This document shows, one piece after another, positions 40,941 to 54,700 of a stretch of 64,000 bases of DNA. Origin of the DNA: Bugula neritina. Lineage: Eukaryota > Animalia > Bryozoa. The position numbers and the translations under genes are program-made. The stretch is from NCBI GenBank assembly GCA_964035545.1, contig OZ037771.1, positions 9,231,408 to 9,295,407 of the forward strand, read 5' to 3'. Numbering within the stretch: the stretch's first letter is position 1; each line of letters starts with the position of its first letter. The notes under the pieces were generated by a model, which worked only from the letters and a program-made list of their open reading frames with translations, searched no databases and was not told where the DNA came from.

Positions 40941-42060
40941 GTGTTTTAGAAGTTAAAGACTGGCGTTAGCTTAGGGCTGCACCACAACGTGGGTTACCCG
41001 CGCAGGACACACCGAAAAATCTGTCTACCCCAAAAATGGGCTGTTTTGTGCAGGTTTTCATGCAGGTAGCATGCTGAGCGGAAAGTGCAAAAAGCTCGTG
41101 CGGGTTTGATTTAATTGGCTGATAACCATTTGACAAGTACACTTTTTTTATTTCACTTTGCGTTTTAGTTTTTAGCGAGCTGAATTAAAACAGTTCTATA
41201 TAGTTTGCATTTCCGCTTTTATAATATCTAAAGTCACTTTGCTGATGACATAAGTTAAAAACAAACATCTGTAGTCGAGCAGTAAAGTTATAAACTCCAA
41301 GATCATTAGCTAATAGATTTCCGCACCCACAACACATGCATTGTGTGTGGCAGGTTGCTCCTGGGACGGGTTTTCAAAAATTTGAACCCTTGCAGGGTAA
41401 CCTGCATCGAGACGCCTTACGCATAGTAAACACGGGTCATAAATTTGATTACCAGTGAAGTCCATTGGTAATGCTAGGAAGAGCATTCAGTGTCACAATG
41501 TGAATAAGTCTTTAGCCCGTACTCTAAAAGGGATAGGGACTATAAACTCTGTTAGTTTTTAACAGCTGCAGGTGCTACAATGTGACACCCCTATGACTAA
41601 CTCAACTAAAATGTTACCAATTCGCAATAACTACACAACCATATATTATTCAACTGCATTAGTCATTTCAAGTATCAGCAAAACATTTTGGTATTACTCA
41701 GTTTTTATGGTTGTTAGAAAATAAAACGAGTAAAGCAAGCATTATTTGAGTTCAATGTTTTAGTACACTGCTTGTATTAATACTTACATGAAATGAGTAA
41801 AAGATGCTATATGATTTTTAACAAAGTCATAATTTATCAGAAACTCCATTTCTGAATAACATTCAAACCTAAACTGGGTTGTTTTTTGCTGAAATGATGA
41901 AAAAAACTTTTTGAATGGTGTATTAGAAAGTTCAAGTGATATGAAATAAGAAATCGTTTGACATAAAAATGTGTGGGTAATGAATGAGGTAGTGTCTTGT
42001 CAAGTCTTTCATGAGACATATGTCTGCTACAACGATTTTATAAATTTCATTATAAATCAG

Positions 42061-42103
42061 CCAATAGCAACACAGGAAGTTAAGCCACTGACATGATATA
42101 TAA
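42061..42103 (+). promoter_or_regulatory. Candidate core promoter of peroxidase paralog 2
   Basis: CCAAT (42061), CAGGAAGT (42073) and TATATAA (42097), about 70 bp before ATG 42168. Confidence 0.5.
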
Positions 42104-42167
42104 GGTTAATTATTGTTGTTTTGATCTTAGTGTCTGGTGCAGGGAGACAGAGCTAAGTTGTGTTGCC

Positions 42168-43358
42168 ATGAAATGCTATATCGTCAGCATGAGATATTTT
42201 ATAGTGTATATTGTCACCACATTGTTCTGTGTGACTCAGGGGGTATATAACCCATACAGATATCAACCTACACACAGGAGAAGGTCAGCATTTTGTTATA
42301 TATTTCGGTATTAATGTAAGAGATAAACTCAGTCGTATACTATCACTTCACACACATCTACCATTATTTATTTTGTACACAAAATATCATTACAGTGATT
42401 CAAATATTTTATGTTACATGGTAAAGTATAACATTAGATACATGAGAACATATATATTTATAATGTGCGCATGTGTACATACGTTTACGTAAGAGACTGG
42501 TGTGATATATTTTGTTGTTCAATAAACAAATAATTTTGAGATAGTAAATTGTTATGTACTTATAGAGTTTATGTTATGTACACTATAGTGTAAGTCATGC
42601 ATGCAGTTGAGTTTGCACGCATAGGATTGCTACAAGCATCAATTATGTACACCAATTGAGTGTTCTATATGTTAAGAAATTTTAGCCTCTGTTTGATGGT
42701 GCACTGTATAACGTGTGTTAGATGGTACACTGTATAGCATGTGTTAGATGGCGCACTGTATAGCATGTGTTAGATGGTACACTGTATAGCATGTGTTAGA
42801 TGGTGTACTGTATAGCATGTGTTAGATGGTGTACTGTATAGCATGTCTTGAATGGTATGCTGTATAGCATGTGTTGGATTGTGTACTGTAGCATGCGTCA
42901 CGTATTATAAATTCAAGTATGCAGTGCATTATGTATGCGTGCTGCACATGTGGAGTATGTCATAATAGAGTATTTATAGAAATTAAAAGAAGTGACATTT
43001 CAGTTCTAAATGCTATCACTCTTGCTTTAACTGCTACATATTCATAATTTCAGAACATACTGGAATCCAGAGAGGTATGACTGGCGAAGGTAAGTGGGCT
43101 AATTATTACTTTTAACAATAAAAGTAGGTGTTGCATACACATGTAACCAGTAGTGTACAGATGCGTAAGAGTACAGGGTGTATATAGTATATACTGTATA
43201 ATTAGCATTGAGATGCATACCATGTGGTTGTTTCTAAAACTGCATTGCATGGCTGAAACCAGAGTGAGCAAGTCATTTAAGCATATTTTGCCGAGGATAA
43301 AGGTTAAATTAAAAATAACATGTTGACTAGTAATATTTTTATGCACATTGTAAAATTT

Positions 43359-43429
<71 letters not shown>

Positions 43430-46400
43430 TGTATATTCTGTATACCCTTGCAGTTTAGCAAATAAACACGGGAGAGGTCGACAACACACAGTGGTGCCTT
43501 TCTACAGAGCAGCTACTACCAACCAGTTCCCATCAGCTATAACAACTTCAGGTAACTTCAAACTGATAAAACCTTGGCTTCTAAGCTTGCTTTACAACTT
43601 TCATATATCTGCAGCAGTCGTGCTGGTTCCACATATAGGCGTGGATGATTGGCACTATACCAATAGTCTTATGAAACTGTTCACATCTGTATCTTTGTAT
43701 CTTCGGAAACTGCATACTTTTTGCGGGTTAGGAATAGCTCTTAATTATATGCGTGCTTTTCAAGTTATAAATTATTCATAATTTGATGAGTGTGGCTTGC
43801 TATATAAAATAACGCCTAGTTTTGTATTAAAAGTAATTATTTTTATAAAAATTGTCATGTAGGTAATGTAGTTTTAACTTGGTTTGGTTTTGGTTTTCAC
43901 ATTTTGTAAACTTGTATAGTTTATATTCAACAAAACTTCCATTTGTGACCATTAACATTAGCAGGCTTGAGAAGGATGATCAATCTTGTTGAATGTAGTC
44001 AGTTGCTAGGTGAACTTTTGAGTTTATCATAAATTTTCTAGCAATCTGTACTTTTAACAGGATAAAGTTTTGTGTTCATCATATGAGTTGTTAAATTAAA
44101 TTTTAGTTAAAATTTGATTAATTATAAATAAAATTCTATTCTTTTTGGACAGCACCAACACCTGCATGTTGGATTAAACCAGCTCCTAGATGCGACCCGA
44201 ACTCACCATACAGAACTATTGATGGTTCTTGTAACAACTTGAATAATCCTACTTGGGGTCAGTCAGTGAGGCCAATTGGACGTCGTTTGCCTCCCAAATA
44301 CAATCCAGGTATTCTATACCAGTAAATGCACAAAGCTGTGTGCACACATAATATTGAAGTGAAACCACAGTTTCTAGCAGCTGCAACAGTTGAAGCATCA
44401 CCAACTGTTAACTTGTGTTTAGGGAGTTTAACAGATATCAGAACCATTGGAGTGACAGGCAGACCTCTGCCAAGTGCCAGGGAGGTGTCTACTGGTGTAC
44501 TAGAACTTGCAACTAAGAGAGATTTGTCAACTACTTTGACAGGGATGCATATGACTTGGGGTCAATTCATTGATCATGACCTCACCCATGTACCACTAAC
44601 ACCACCAGTAAGTCACTCTTTAACAGTTGTAGTAAGACATCAACATACAGCTTCTCTGTTGATGATGGTGAATAAGAGCAACATTCATGCATAGTTATAA
44701 GATTAATTTTTCTATCTATACACACAAGAAGATGGTAGAGTCTTACTAATGTATAATCACTGATTTCTAACCTAAACTGCTACCAGATCTCATAGCAAGA
44801 TAAATGTGACTATAACAGCACAAACTTGGAGTACCAAATATGCAACATAAAACAAAATGTAATGTGATTGAAGTGTATACAAAACTATATTATGGTTATG
44901 CCAAGAATATCAGATCAATTGATAACACTTAGAACTTGGCAACAGTTCAATACTAGTAAATCGCAAGACATGTGAACTATTAATTTCTACAGTTATTTTT
45001 AGATAAAGTTCTGTTTGAGAACAAAGTTTTGGGAAAAAGCAAAGTTGTCAAGGAATTTAAGGACAATTAATTAGTATAAAAGCAGATTAGGGCAACATTA
45101 TTTTGTTCTCAACTGAATATTTTAGATGAAATGCTGTAATCAACCAGCTGGAAATCAACACGAAGATTGTATCCCCATAGGTGTGCCTCCAACTGATCAT
45201 TTCTATGGGCCAAGGGGAACAACGTGCTTAGAGCTGAGGCGATCTATGGCCATCAAACCGGGACAGTGTGGTATGTCCCATGATGCTATTTTATTAATGC
45301 TCATTCTAGCGAAATCTATGCTTCATCTAGTTAAATATTTCTTACTATTTTCCATAATACAAGTTCTGTAAACTATTTATTTATTCTTTATGTGTATTTT
45401 ATACAGGAAATACCTTTCGAGAGCAGCTCAATAACCTAACTTCCTACATAGATGCTGGTTTAGTTTACGGTAGCACAGATGAGAGAGCCAAGCAGCTAAG
45501 GTCGTTCTCTAGAGGTCAAATGGCAGATTCAGATGCACGGTATCACTTACCCATTGAGAAACCAGGAACTAAATGTGACATACCACCAATAAATCACCCA
45601 GACAAGAGATGCTTTGCTGCAGGTGAACATTTTTAAGTTCTGTAACTTGATTGGTAACTTTGGCAATGTGTTTATACCTATGATGTTTATACTGTTTAGA
45701 GCATAGCTGACTGAGTTGAACAAATGGGCACTATATAAAACATGTTTAAGGTTTTATGATAACACTTTAATTCAATTGTAAACTAAATCTTTATCCAATA
45801 TACTTTGCTACTAATATAAACAATATTTTAAAGCGTTTAATTTCTAGAACTCTCTAAAACATTATGAAATTGTAGTTCTAAAGTTCTGATCAATTAGCTA
45901 GCATGTATCACATACATATGCTTGTTACTTCATCAATTATTCTATTTTATTCTTCTTAGGAGACACTAAAGCTCAATTAATGATGACAACCTGTTACAAA
46001 TGTGTAGACATAATAAAATGCTACTCTGATGGATTTCTTGTCTAACCTGTTGTTTCTGGCAAGGTGATCGAAGATCGAATGAATGGGGAGGACTCACTGC
46101 AGTGCATGTTATCTTCATCAGAGAACACAATAGAATAGCAGAAGTATTTTACAGAGACTTGAAGTCTTCCAACCCAGGAACATCAGAAAGAGACTTGGAC
46201 GAGAAGATTTATCAGGAAGTCAGAAGAATTATTGCAGCTCAAATTCAGGTTACCAGATTGTCAAATCTAAAGTGTGGAAGTCTTAGCTGCTAGGCCAGTT
46301 AATGAGTTAGTGGGCAAAAATGTAAATTAAAAATAGTTAATGTAGATTAGCTGTGACTATGTTGCTTTTCATAATTGAGATAATGAACAAACTTGATAAT

Positions 46401-49400
46401 TTTCTGTAAATTACAAAATGGTTATGCAATTAAATATCAACTTATTGCTTATTTACTTATTTCCATACAATATAAGAATAATATAGGAAATTTGTTTGTT
46501 ATAGCTTCTAACTTTCAATAAACAAGCAAGGCAATTGTGTTTTGTATAGCTAATTTTTTTGCAAATAATTTATTTTTACTAGTTGAAAAAGCCACTGCAA
46601 AACAAAAATAATGTGGAAAGAGAACTTAATTTTATAAAATTTGCATACTTCAGGTTATAAATTATGGTGAGTACTTACCTAATGTACTTGGCGACTACCA
46701 AATGAGGAAATATGGTTTGTACCTGGAGCATGGCTTTCCTCGGGGAGAGAAAAATATATACGATGCAAACTTAGATGCCACAGCTTCAAATGTGTTTGGT
46801 ACAGCAGCGTTTCGATTTGGTCACAGTGAGGTTGCATTTGGCACTCAGCCAAAAAACAGGTAACATTTTTGCACTCCAATTGGTGTATAGCAACAGCTTA
46901 TCTCTCAATTCACATCAAAGCAAAATTCTCAACAAGGAAAACAGACTTTCAGACAGTTTGACTCACTTATACATAAAGTAAATTATAATGTTGAGTGACA
47001 GAGATGCCAGCTCCTTCTGGATTAGGTTTTAAAACTTCGGTAAGGTTTGTTTTCGACACGTTATGATTGGTAAATTAAAGTAATACTGACCATATTTCTG
47101 TAGTCTGTAGTTTCCTTTCTTATAATTAATAAGATAGCATTGGAAGACCACCTAATATTTATAATTGAAGATGTCATAACAAACCATTATGGAAACTTCT
47201 AGTTACAGCATGTATTTCAATTAAACAAATATAAGTTTTGGCACAAGATTACTGCGAATAATGATTTTAAAAAAGCTTTACTATAGGTTTGATTTTTCTT
47301 TTAGTCACTATCACAATACTTCGAGCTTCGTACCATTTCTGGAGCTTTTAAATCAACCAACAACGTACAGACAGATACAGAATGACAATGCAATCCGAGG
47401 AATGATTGTTGAGCCATGTCTAAAGACATCTAAGTTTTCAGCTGGTAAATTTTTTTAAATTTGTAAGCTTGTACTGATTAACTAGTTACAGATAGGCAAA
47501 AAGAAATAAAGTCAACTAGATTTTTATATCTTGTTATGCCCTAAATGATGTATATAATAGAAAAAGTATAACAATGAATTTAATGGATCTGAACTTGTGA
47601 CTTGTAGTTAGCTAAAATGTAATAAAATACTTCAAGTATATACCTTTCAAATAGTTTGACTGCTATAACAATTAATTAACATTTAGATTAAAGTGTGTAC
47701 GAATTTATATGAAGTGCCAATTATTATAGGAAATTTATTGGTAAAAAAACTAATCTCCACAGTTATATACAGTTTCACTCAAATCGAAAACAAACTTGAA
47801 GTAGGTCAGTGTAAAAAATATTGATGGAAATTATGTATATGACAAAATGCTGACAAAACTAATTAATTAGATTGCACAGTTGCATATACTTCAATGTGAA
47901 ATATAATTTAGATCAACTTTAGGTATGTTATAGTTGTGACACATGTATAAATTATGGATATACAAAAATATAAGAGAAAATTGAATTATTTTGTTGCTAT
48001 TGTTACAAGGGAATGTTTCCTTGCAGTAAAAGAAAGTATTTCAGGAAGTAACAATCACATCATCATAATTAGAATTTCCTTTGTAACTGTTTCAAAGAAT
48101 GCATAAATCCTACTATTTATGATGAATAATTATTGCATAATGTGACTAAACTGACCAAAAATTAATATACACATCGGTGTCTGGGTTAGACATAATATAA
48201 TATATTTAATAGAGAACTAATTACAATACTTTAATTTTTCTTGCTATATTAGTACGTGTTGTGTTTAATTTGATGCAGAGGTAAAGAATCATCTGTTTGA
48301 GAGAACTTTTAATGGAAGTGGATTAGACTTGCCTGCTATAAGTACCCAGAGAAGCAGAGAGCATGGTCAGTAAATATTCTACATAATTACTTATATATTC
48401 TTATCTCAAAGAGTCTTAGATAACTGTAATATGTTAAGTCATACATCTTAAAATAATGAATATAAAACATGCTAATGAAAACTACCTTGCAAACTTGCTG
48501 ATTATTTTAAATGCAAAAAAAAGCCTGCATTTATGCCGTAAACAGTAAAATATTTCTTATAGTGGTGAAATGTTTTAAAAATTGTATTTAAAAAGTTGTT
48601 TAAATGTTGTGAAGGTTTACCTACTTACAACTCATGGAGGAAGTTCTGTGGACTAAATGCAGTTACTTTTGACTACATGCCAGACCACACTGATCAACAG
48701 AGACGGAGATTTGCTCAAACCTACGATCACCCAGACGATATTGACCTTTTCCCAGGAGCCATCACTGAAAGGTGGGATTTTTCAATTTGCACACAATTGA
48801 TTCACTGTAAAACTTACATGAAGTTGATGTCTGAGTGTGTTTATAATAGCACTAACATTCTACTGTAACAGATTGGTGTCGCCAGATGCTCATGTAGGAC
48901 CGACATTTGCATGTCTCATTGGACAGGAGTTTCAGAGGCTGAAGAAAGGAGACAGATTCTGGTTTGAGAATCAAGGAACTTACCCTAACCACTTTACCAC
49001 CAATCAAATTATACAGCTCTCTAAGGTCTGTTTGGTTATACACTACCATGTGTTAAATTATTATCTTCATCATCAAATATTAGTATAGATATTAAATAAT
49101 GAAACATCAGCATATAATATGAGTTTTAGACATTTATAAAACATGATGCTATTGGCTCTTCTATAAAAAATCATTTATTTAAAATAATATTATAACAATG
49201 AAATTAATTAATTGATAGTGGAAATAAATAAAGATTTTAAACTGTTTAACGAATTTGTTGAAAACTCTTGTTTATTGCTGCATGTTTTACACTATGCAAT
49301 AGTAAACTAGCAATGTAATGTATACCAACTATGAATACTTGCTGATGTAAAATAAGAACTGCATGTAGCTCAGTATTGATTTATTATCGATTATATGAAA

Positions 49401-49570
49401 TACTCTACTTGTTGCAGATAAAGCTATCTAAACTAGTGTGTGACAACACCAACACTGCTGTGGTACCAGAAAGCGTTTTTAAACTAAAGTCAAAGTTCGT
49501 TAGATGTGAAGATCTCCCATCGCTGGATCTTCAACACTGGCTAAAGTCATATCCGTCATACGGATATTAG
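42168..49570 (+). CDS. Secreted animal heme peroxidase, paralog 2, 13 exons, about 665 aa
   Basis: Exons 42168-42283, 43454-43551, 44153-44308, 44423-44607, 45126-45270, 45407-45622, 46064-46248, 46654-46859, 47305-47444, 48279-48365, 48615-48771, 48872-49025, 49418-49570 join in phase (1998 nt). Signal peptide (M)RYFIVYIVTTLFCVTQG (alternative start 42189); same intron positions as paralog 1. Confidence 0.93.
42695..42895. repeat. 26-bp minisatellite (gtgttagatggtacactgtatagcat)
   Basis: About 7 tandem copies in intron 1 of paralog 2. Confidence 0.9.
43361..43426. repeat. (TA)n microsatellite
   Basis: Directly visible, just upstream of the exon 2 acceptor. Confidence 0.95.
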
Positions 49571-50660
49571 TTTCACATAATGAAGTGCAATACACTGTCT
49601 ATAAACTGGATACTTATTCTGCTTGTACCTGATCATTTCTTAACTTACAAGTTACAAGTATTCAGCAAATTCCCTAACTAGTTTGATGTACTGGAAGTCC
49701 CTTAGTTGATTGATGATCCTTTAACCGCACTTCGGTTTAACAAAATTTATGACCCTGCAAACTCCTTCTCACTGCCATGTGACTAAGTAAGCGTGCATCT
49801 TTTATTCTCACTTCTGGCTGTTGCACTGTTGACTAATTGTTTTGTTTTGTGCTTACAATAGCAAAATAATGTTCACCTATATAATCTGTTATACTTGTTG
49901 GTTATATTTTTAATATTTGGGAGACTGACTGATTGATTTCAATAAGAATGACTAAAATATAGTTTCTTTTGAGTCACTATATCTTTAACTAATTAAATGC
50001 AAGTCACAAAATTTGTGAGATGACTGAAGTATAAAAAGATTGTAAGAAAGTTTCAAATAAAGGCTTTTTGATAACATAGTGCAATATTGTTATGATTTCC
50101 AGAATTAGGGTCGATGTGCAACCAAGAGAGTCTATTTATTACTAGAGAAACTTCACCGTGATAAGTCGAGTAGATATCGTTATATTTTAATACAAGAATA
50201 CATAATAAAAACTAACATACAACAGTTAATAATACGCACGTCTATTTAATTTACAGCACTATCCTCAACTGAGCTAGTAGCGCGAAGCTGCTACTATTAC
50301 TCATAAACAGCCTAGCTAATTGGCTAGTACATTGCTCCGGGTCAATACGCAACCCTGCGTATTGTGTTGCTGGTAGCTCCACGAGCCACCACACTGCCCC
50401 CTCCAGCAGAAAGCCCTCTTTCTGATAAAAAAATACTTCACATAAAAACATATACTTTGTTGTGGAGAGAGAGAACAGTACAAAAGTATATACAAAAAAA
50501 ACAACCGATAAAATATACAGGTATAGATATATAAAACGTGCACAATATGTAATGTGTAAGAGAAAGTCCTATTTACATGTAGAGTACGTGCCACCATAAC
50601 GGTAGGGAATGCCACAGAGAGGTAGGGGAAGAGTAGTATGGAGTTGGAGATAGACTCATG

Positions 50661-51734
50661 TTAACTGCGGGCCGCCCGCTTCATGCGTTTAATAGACTCC
50701 TGTAGATATTTGAGTTCACTGGATGCAGCCTGCACCCGCGGGGCCAGTCTGTACACTTCTTGCTCTAGGTCGTGTGCCTTAGCTTCTACTTCGCGTAGGT
50801 TGCGGGCCAGGGGGGACGAACGAGAGGAAGTCTGCTGTCTGTGCCTTTTCCGTTCGGAGGATGGAAGTGGAGGAGGGAGTGTATACGCCTTCGTGTCTAC
50901 CCTCTGTAGTACGACACGGGGGAATGTATGCGGGTGGCGTAGAGGACTGTGAGGTGGAGAGTTAGTTGATTGTATAGGTTTATCTGCGGCTCCAGAGATG
51001 ATGGGTCGCGGGGAGGGAAAGCCTTGCTCCAGGCGAGACAGCCGAGCTGGGTCGGTGATGAGGGGTTTGATGGCGTTGAGAAATGCGGGATATGATGATT
51101 CGTCTACTTCATAGACGTGTCCTTGAAAACACTGCATAGTGCGTTGGTGACGCAGTAGGTAATCACGATTGTAACTATATGCTCCGCAGGGGCAGAACGT
51201 GGTGATGTAATGCTGCGGCAAGTGTACTTTCAGCCTGCGGTGGGTTGTAAATCGCTGCTGGCAGAGGTTGCATTCGCGGTTACCATCACCTCCTTTATGA
51301 GTCTTAATCTCTCTCTCTGTGGCAGGGGTAATCCAGTTAGAGGTTGCTTCCAACTGGGGTGGCAGTTGCCTGGTTGTAGAAGTCGTTGGGGCCGGCTCTG
51401 GGTCCCACGCCATCTCTAGAGAAGGCATGCCCGGAGAGACGGGCGCGAGTGTGTCTACAAAAGTAGAATTATTGTTAGATCGCGGTGGATCTTTACAACA
51501 TAATTCTAGTGACTGTCGACTGTTACTAGCCTGAGAGTCACAGCTTTTGGAATGCACTCGAGGAACCGATGAATCATGTGTGGACTGACCAAGAACAGTG
51601 TCTAGCTCCAGGTCTAACAGACCGTCGGCCATTACAGTGTCCTCATCGTCATTCACATGAAACGTGGTTCCCAGTAATTCTGATTCAATCTGCTGAATTA
51701 GTTCAGAATTTACTGGCATCGAGCTCGTTTCCAT
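50661..51734 (-). CDS. Accessory 3' ORF of element B: C2H2-type zinc finger region plus C-terminal coiled coil
   Basis: 357 aa intact; CNLCQQRFTTHRRLKVHLPQH followed by CPC...H...C; heptad-rich C-terminus; homologous remnants in element C. Confidence 0.8.
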   Translation of the reverse strand: METSSMPVNSELIQQIESELLGTTFHVNDDEDTVMADGLLDLELDTVLGQSTHDSSVPRVHSKSCDSQASNSRQSLELCCKDPPRSNNNSTFVDTLAPVSPGMPSLEMAWDPEPAPTTSTTRQLPPQLEATSNWITPATEREIKTHKGGDGNRECNLCQQRFTTHRRLKVHLPQHYITTFCPCGAYSYNRDYLLRHQRTMQCFQGHVYEVDESSYPAFLNAIKPLITDPARLSRLEQGFPSPRPIISGAADKPIQSTNSPPHSPLRHPHTFPRVVLQRVDTKAYTLPPPLPSSERKRHRQQTSSRSSPLARNLREVEAKAHDLEQEVYRLAPRVQAASSELKYLQESIKRMKRAARS

Positions 51735-51751
51735 GAATAGGAATACAAGAC

Positions 51752-54700
51752 TTATACTGGCTTACCTGTGAACTCGGTATTAATGTCCATACTCAACGTT
51801 CTTGGTAAGGTTGGAGCTGGTTGTGAGATACGTCTGCCTTTGGCGATGTCAGCGTAAGAAAAGGCTGAGCATCGTTTCTGAGGCACGAGGTCGGAACTAT
51901 TTGCTTTACGCGCATTAATTCCTCCCACTATTCCGCCCTCGCAAAAGTTGATATTTGCGTGGGGTTCACAACTCCAACATTTTATCGTACGGTTTTCCCC
52001 TAGACTTTCATGCGTGCCGCTTCTAATGCAGTCACATATGAAGTCTTCCAAATATGGTGGGGGTTTCCTCGTACGCTGTCCCCGTTCTAGGGGGGGTGAC
52101 ACGCTCGCCGGTTCGTTAGTAGGGGCCTCTAATGGCGTCTCTACTTCACCGTGAGCGGTCACCTCTTCTTGTTCTCCGGATGGAGCCCCTCCCTCCGTGG
52201 GGGTTTGCACTTCCGGAACCGGCTCGGTTTCTGGAAGTGATGGAATTAGACTTGGCGGCGGCGGACACGCTTCCGTTGGCAAAAGCTGCCGCTCCTCTCT
52301 CACCAAGTTTTCTTCCCGCGGTATGACCACTTCGTATTCAGGTCCATGCCGCCGTCGCCCACGCGTTGTTGTCTGCCTCCTGGGCTCCAACAACGGGGGG
52401 GCTTCTCCCGCTGCGTCGGGGCTAGCCCAATACGGTTTCAAGCGAGACTCATTCTGGATAAACACCTGTCCTAAGCGCTCAATCTTGTACGTATGATTGG
52501 GCATAGCCTCGACGATCACGTAGGGTCCTACGAACTTAGGCTTCAGTTTATCAGCCTGTCCGCGACGCCTACGGTAATTGACCATCCACACCTTATCTCC
52601 CGTTTGGTAGAGAGGTGGTTCATCGGAATCTTCGTGCCGCACCTTCCACTGCTGTTCGCGCAGTATATCGTGCGCGGCCTTCATCCGTTCCACTAGTTCA
52701 CTGGCATACTCGTGAACCGAGTTGTCTTGCTCTGGAACGTGGTAGGTGATATGGTCAGGGACACGAGTCTCTCTCTTGAGCATCAAGAGGTTTGGGGTCT
52801 CACCAGTACTGGTGTGTGGGGTGCTACGGTATGCCCGCATGACTTGCGGCAACACCGTATCCCATTCCTCTTGGCCTCGTCCAAGGAGGAGACTCCGGAG
52901 CGCATCACCTAGCATCCGGTTGTTGCGCTCCACCACTCCATTACCTTGAGGGTGGTAGGGGGTGGTCCGACTCTGATTTACTCCCCAGAGGTGGCAAAGG
53001 TCGCTCATCAGTTGAGACTGGAATTGAGCGCCTTGATCAGAGTGTATCTGTTCTGGAAGACCAAAATAACAGAATACATGTTGGTCTAGTGCCCTGGCCA
53101 CTGTTGGGGCTGACGCATCTGGGATAGCCAGAGCATCCGCCCACCTAGTAAAGTGGTCGGTTAGTACTAAGATCCAGTTATTGCCTCTGGGGGTCAGGGG
53201 CATGGGTCCGACCAGGTCTACAGCGACTACTTGCCAGGGCCTACCAGCATATAGCCTCCGCCGTCCTGCTTCACCAGGGGGCGGCTATGCTTACTGGCCT
53301 GGCAGATCTCACACTGTTTGACTCTGAGTCGGACGTCACGCTCCATTTGTGGCCAATACCACCGGAGTCGTAATTTGGATATCACTCTCTTGACCCCTGC
53401 GTGGGCCTGTTTGTGAGTATCCCAAATCAACTCACGGCGGATGGCCGTGGGGCAGACTACCCTCTTCCTCTCCGGGTGTCTGCCGCTGGCGGCTAGAGAG
53501 ATGGTTAGTAACCCATCCTGCCCGATCCGCAGCGAGTCCCAACGCTGACAGTATAGCCGGAACTCGGCACATCCCTGTCTTATGCGTTCCTCGCTGGGTC
53601 GTCGCCCTTCCCTTTTGGCCCGATATATGTCTGCCACGACTCCAGGCAGCTCTTCTTGGAGCTTCTTCAGCTCTCGAACATTACCGGCCAGTACAGGGTT
53701 GGCGCGGAGGTTTTGTACACCCTCCGGGGACTCATCAACTCCTTGCCTGAGTTGACCCTGGTCCCAGTCAAACGGTGCTCCGTGGTGAGCCAGCGTCTCC
53801 AACTCACATCGCGGGGGACCTCCATCCCTCCTCTCGATGTTGAGACACTGTTTGCAACCTCCCTCAGGTCGGCGACTCAAACCATCCGCATTGCTGTGTC
53901 TCTTGCCCGGTCGATGTTCGATCCGGTATGAGAACTCAGCTAGTATTTCGAGCCACCGGGCGACCTGACTAGAGGGCTCTGCTCTCTTGCACAACCAGAT
54001 CAGCGAGGCATGATCCGTACGCAGCCGGAACTTCCTGCCATATAGGTATGGTCTGAAGTGCTTCACTGACTTGATTACTGCCAGCAGCTCCTTGCGGGTA
54101 GTGCAGTAATTTCGTTCAGCGGGTGAGAGAGACTTGCTGTAGTAGGCTACTACTACCTCTCGGCCTTCCTGCACTTGTGACAGCACAGCGCCAACATTTT
54201 GGTCACTGGCGTCTGTGTCGAGGATGTACTCCAGAGTGGGGTCTGGGTAGGCCAAGATGGGCGCCGTTAGTAGGCAGCCCTTGAGGCGGTCGAACGCTCC
54301 TTGTTCGACTGGGGTCCACTGCCACGTCACTCCCTTTGCGGTGAGCCGATTTAACGGCTGTGCTATGCCCGCAAAGTCTGGTATGTATTGCCTGTAATAC
54401 CCTACCAGCCCCAAGAAAGCCCGGAGTCCGGTCAAGTCTTGGGGGGTGACCCAGTCTTCTATTGCCCGCACCTTCTCGGGATCCGTTGCCACGCCGTTTC
54501 GACCGACAACGTGCCCCAGGTACTTAACCTCCGGCTGCAATAGAGCGCACTTGGAAGGTTTGAGCTTAAGACCGGCACCTCGGAGTCTCTCAAAGACCTC
54601 CTGCAAACGACTGACATGCGTCTCGAAGTCTGGGGAGATCACGATGACATCATCGAGGTAGACCAGCAGTGTCTTCCAATGGAGCCCGCTAAGGACTTGC

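Noticed and set aside
40971-41420. Possible hAT-like MITE (tagggc...gggttaccc / gggtaacc...gcctta)
   Set aside because: Inverted ends are too degenerate and no TSD was found.
50661-51734. env gene
   Set aside because: No signal peptide, fusion peptide or transmembrane anchor; zinc-finger and coiled-coil features instead.
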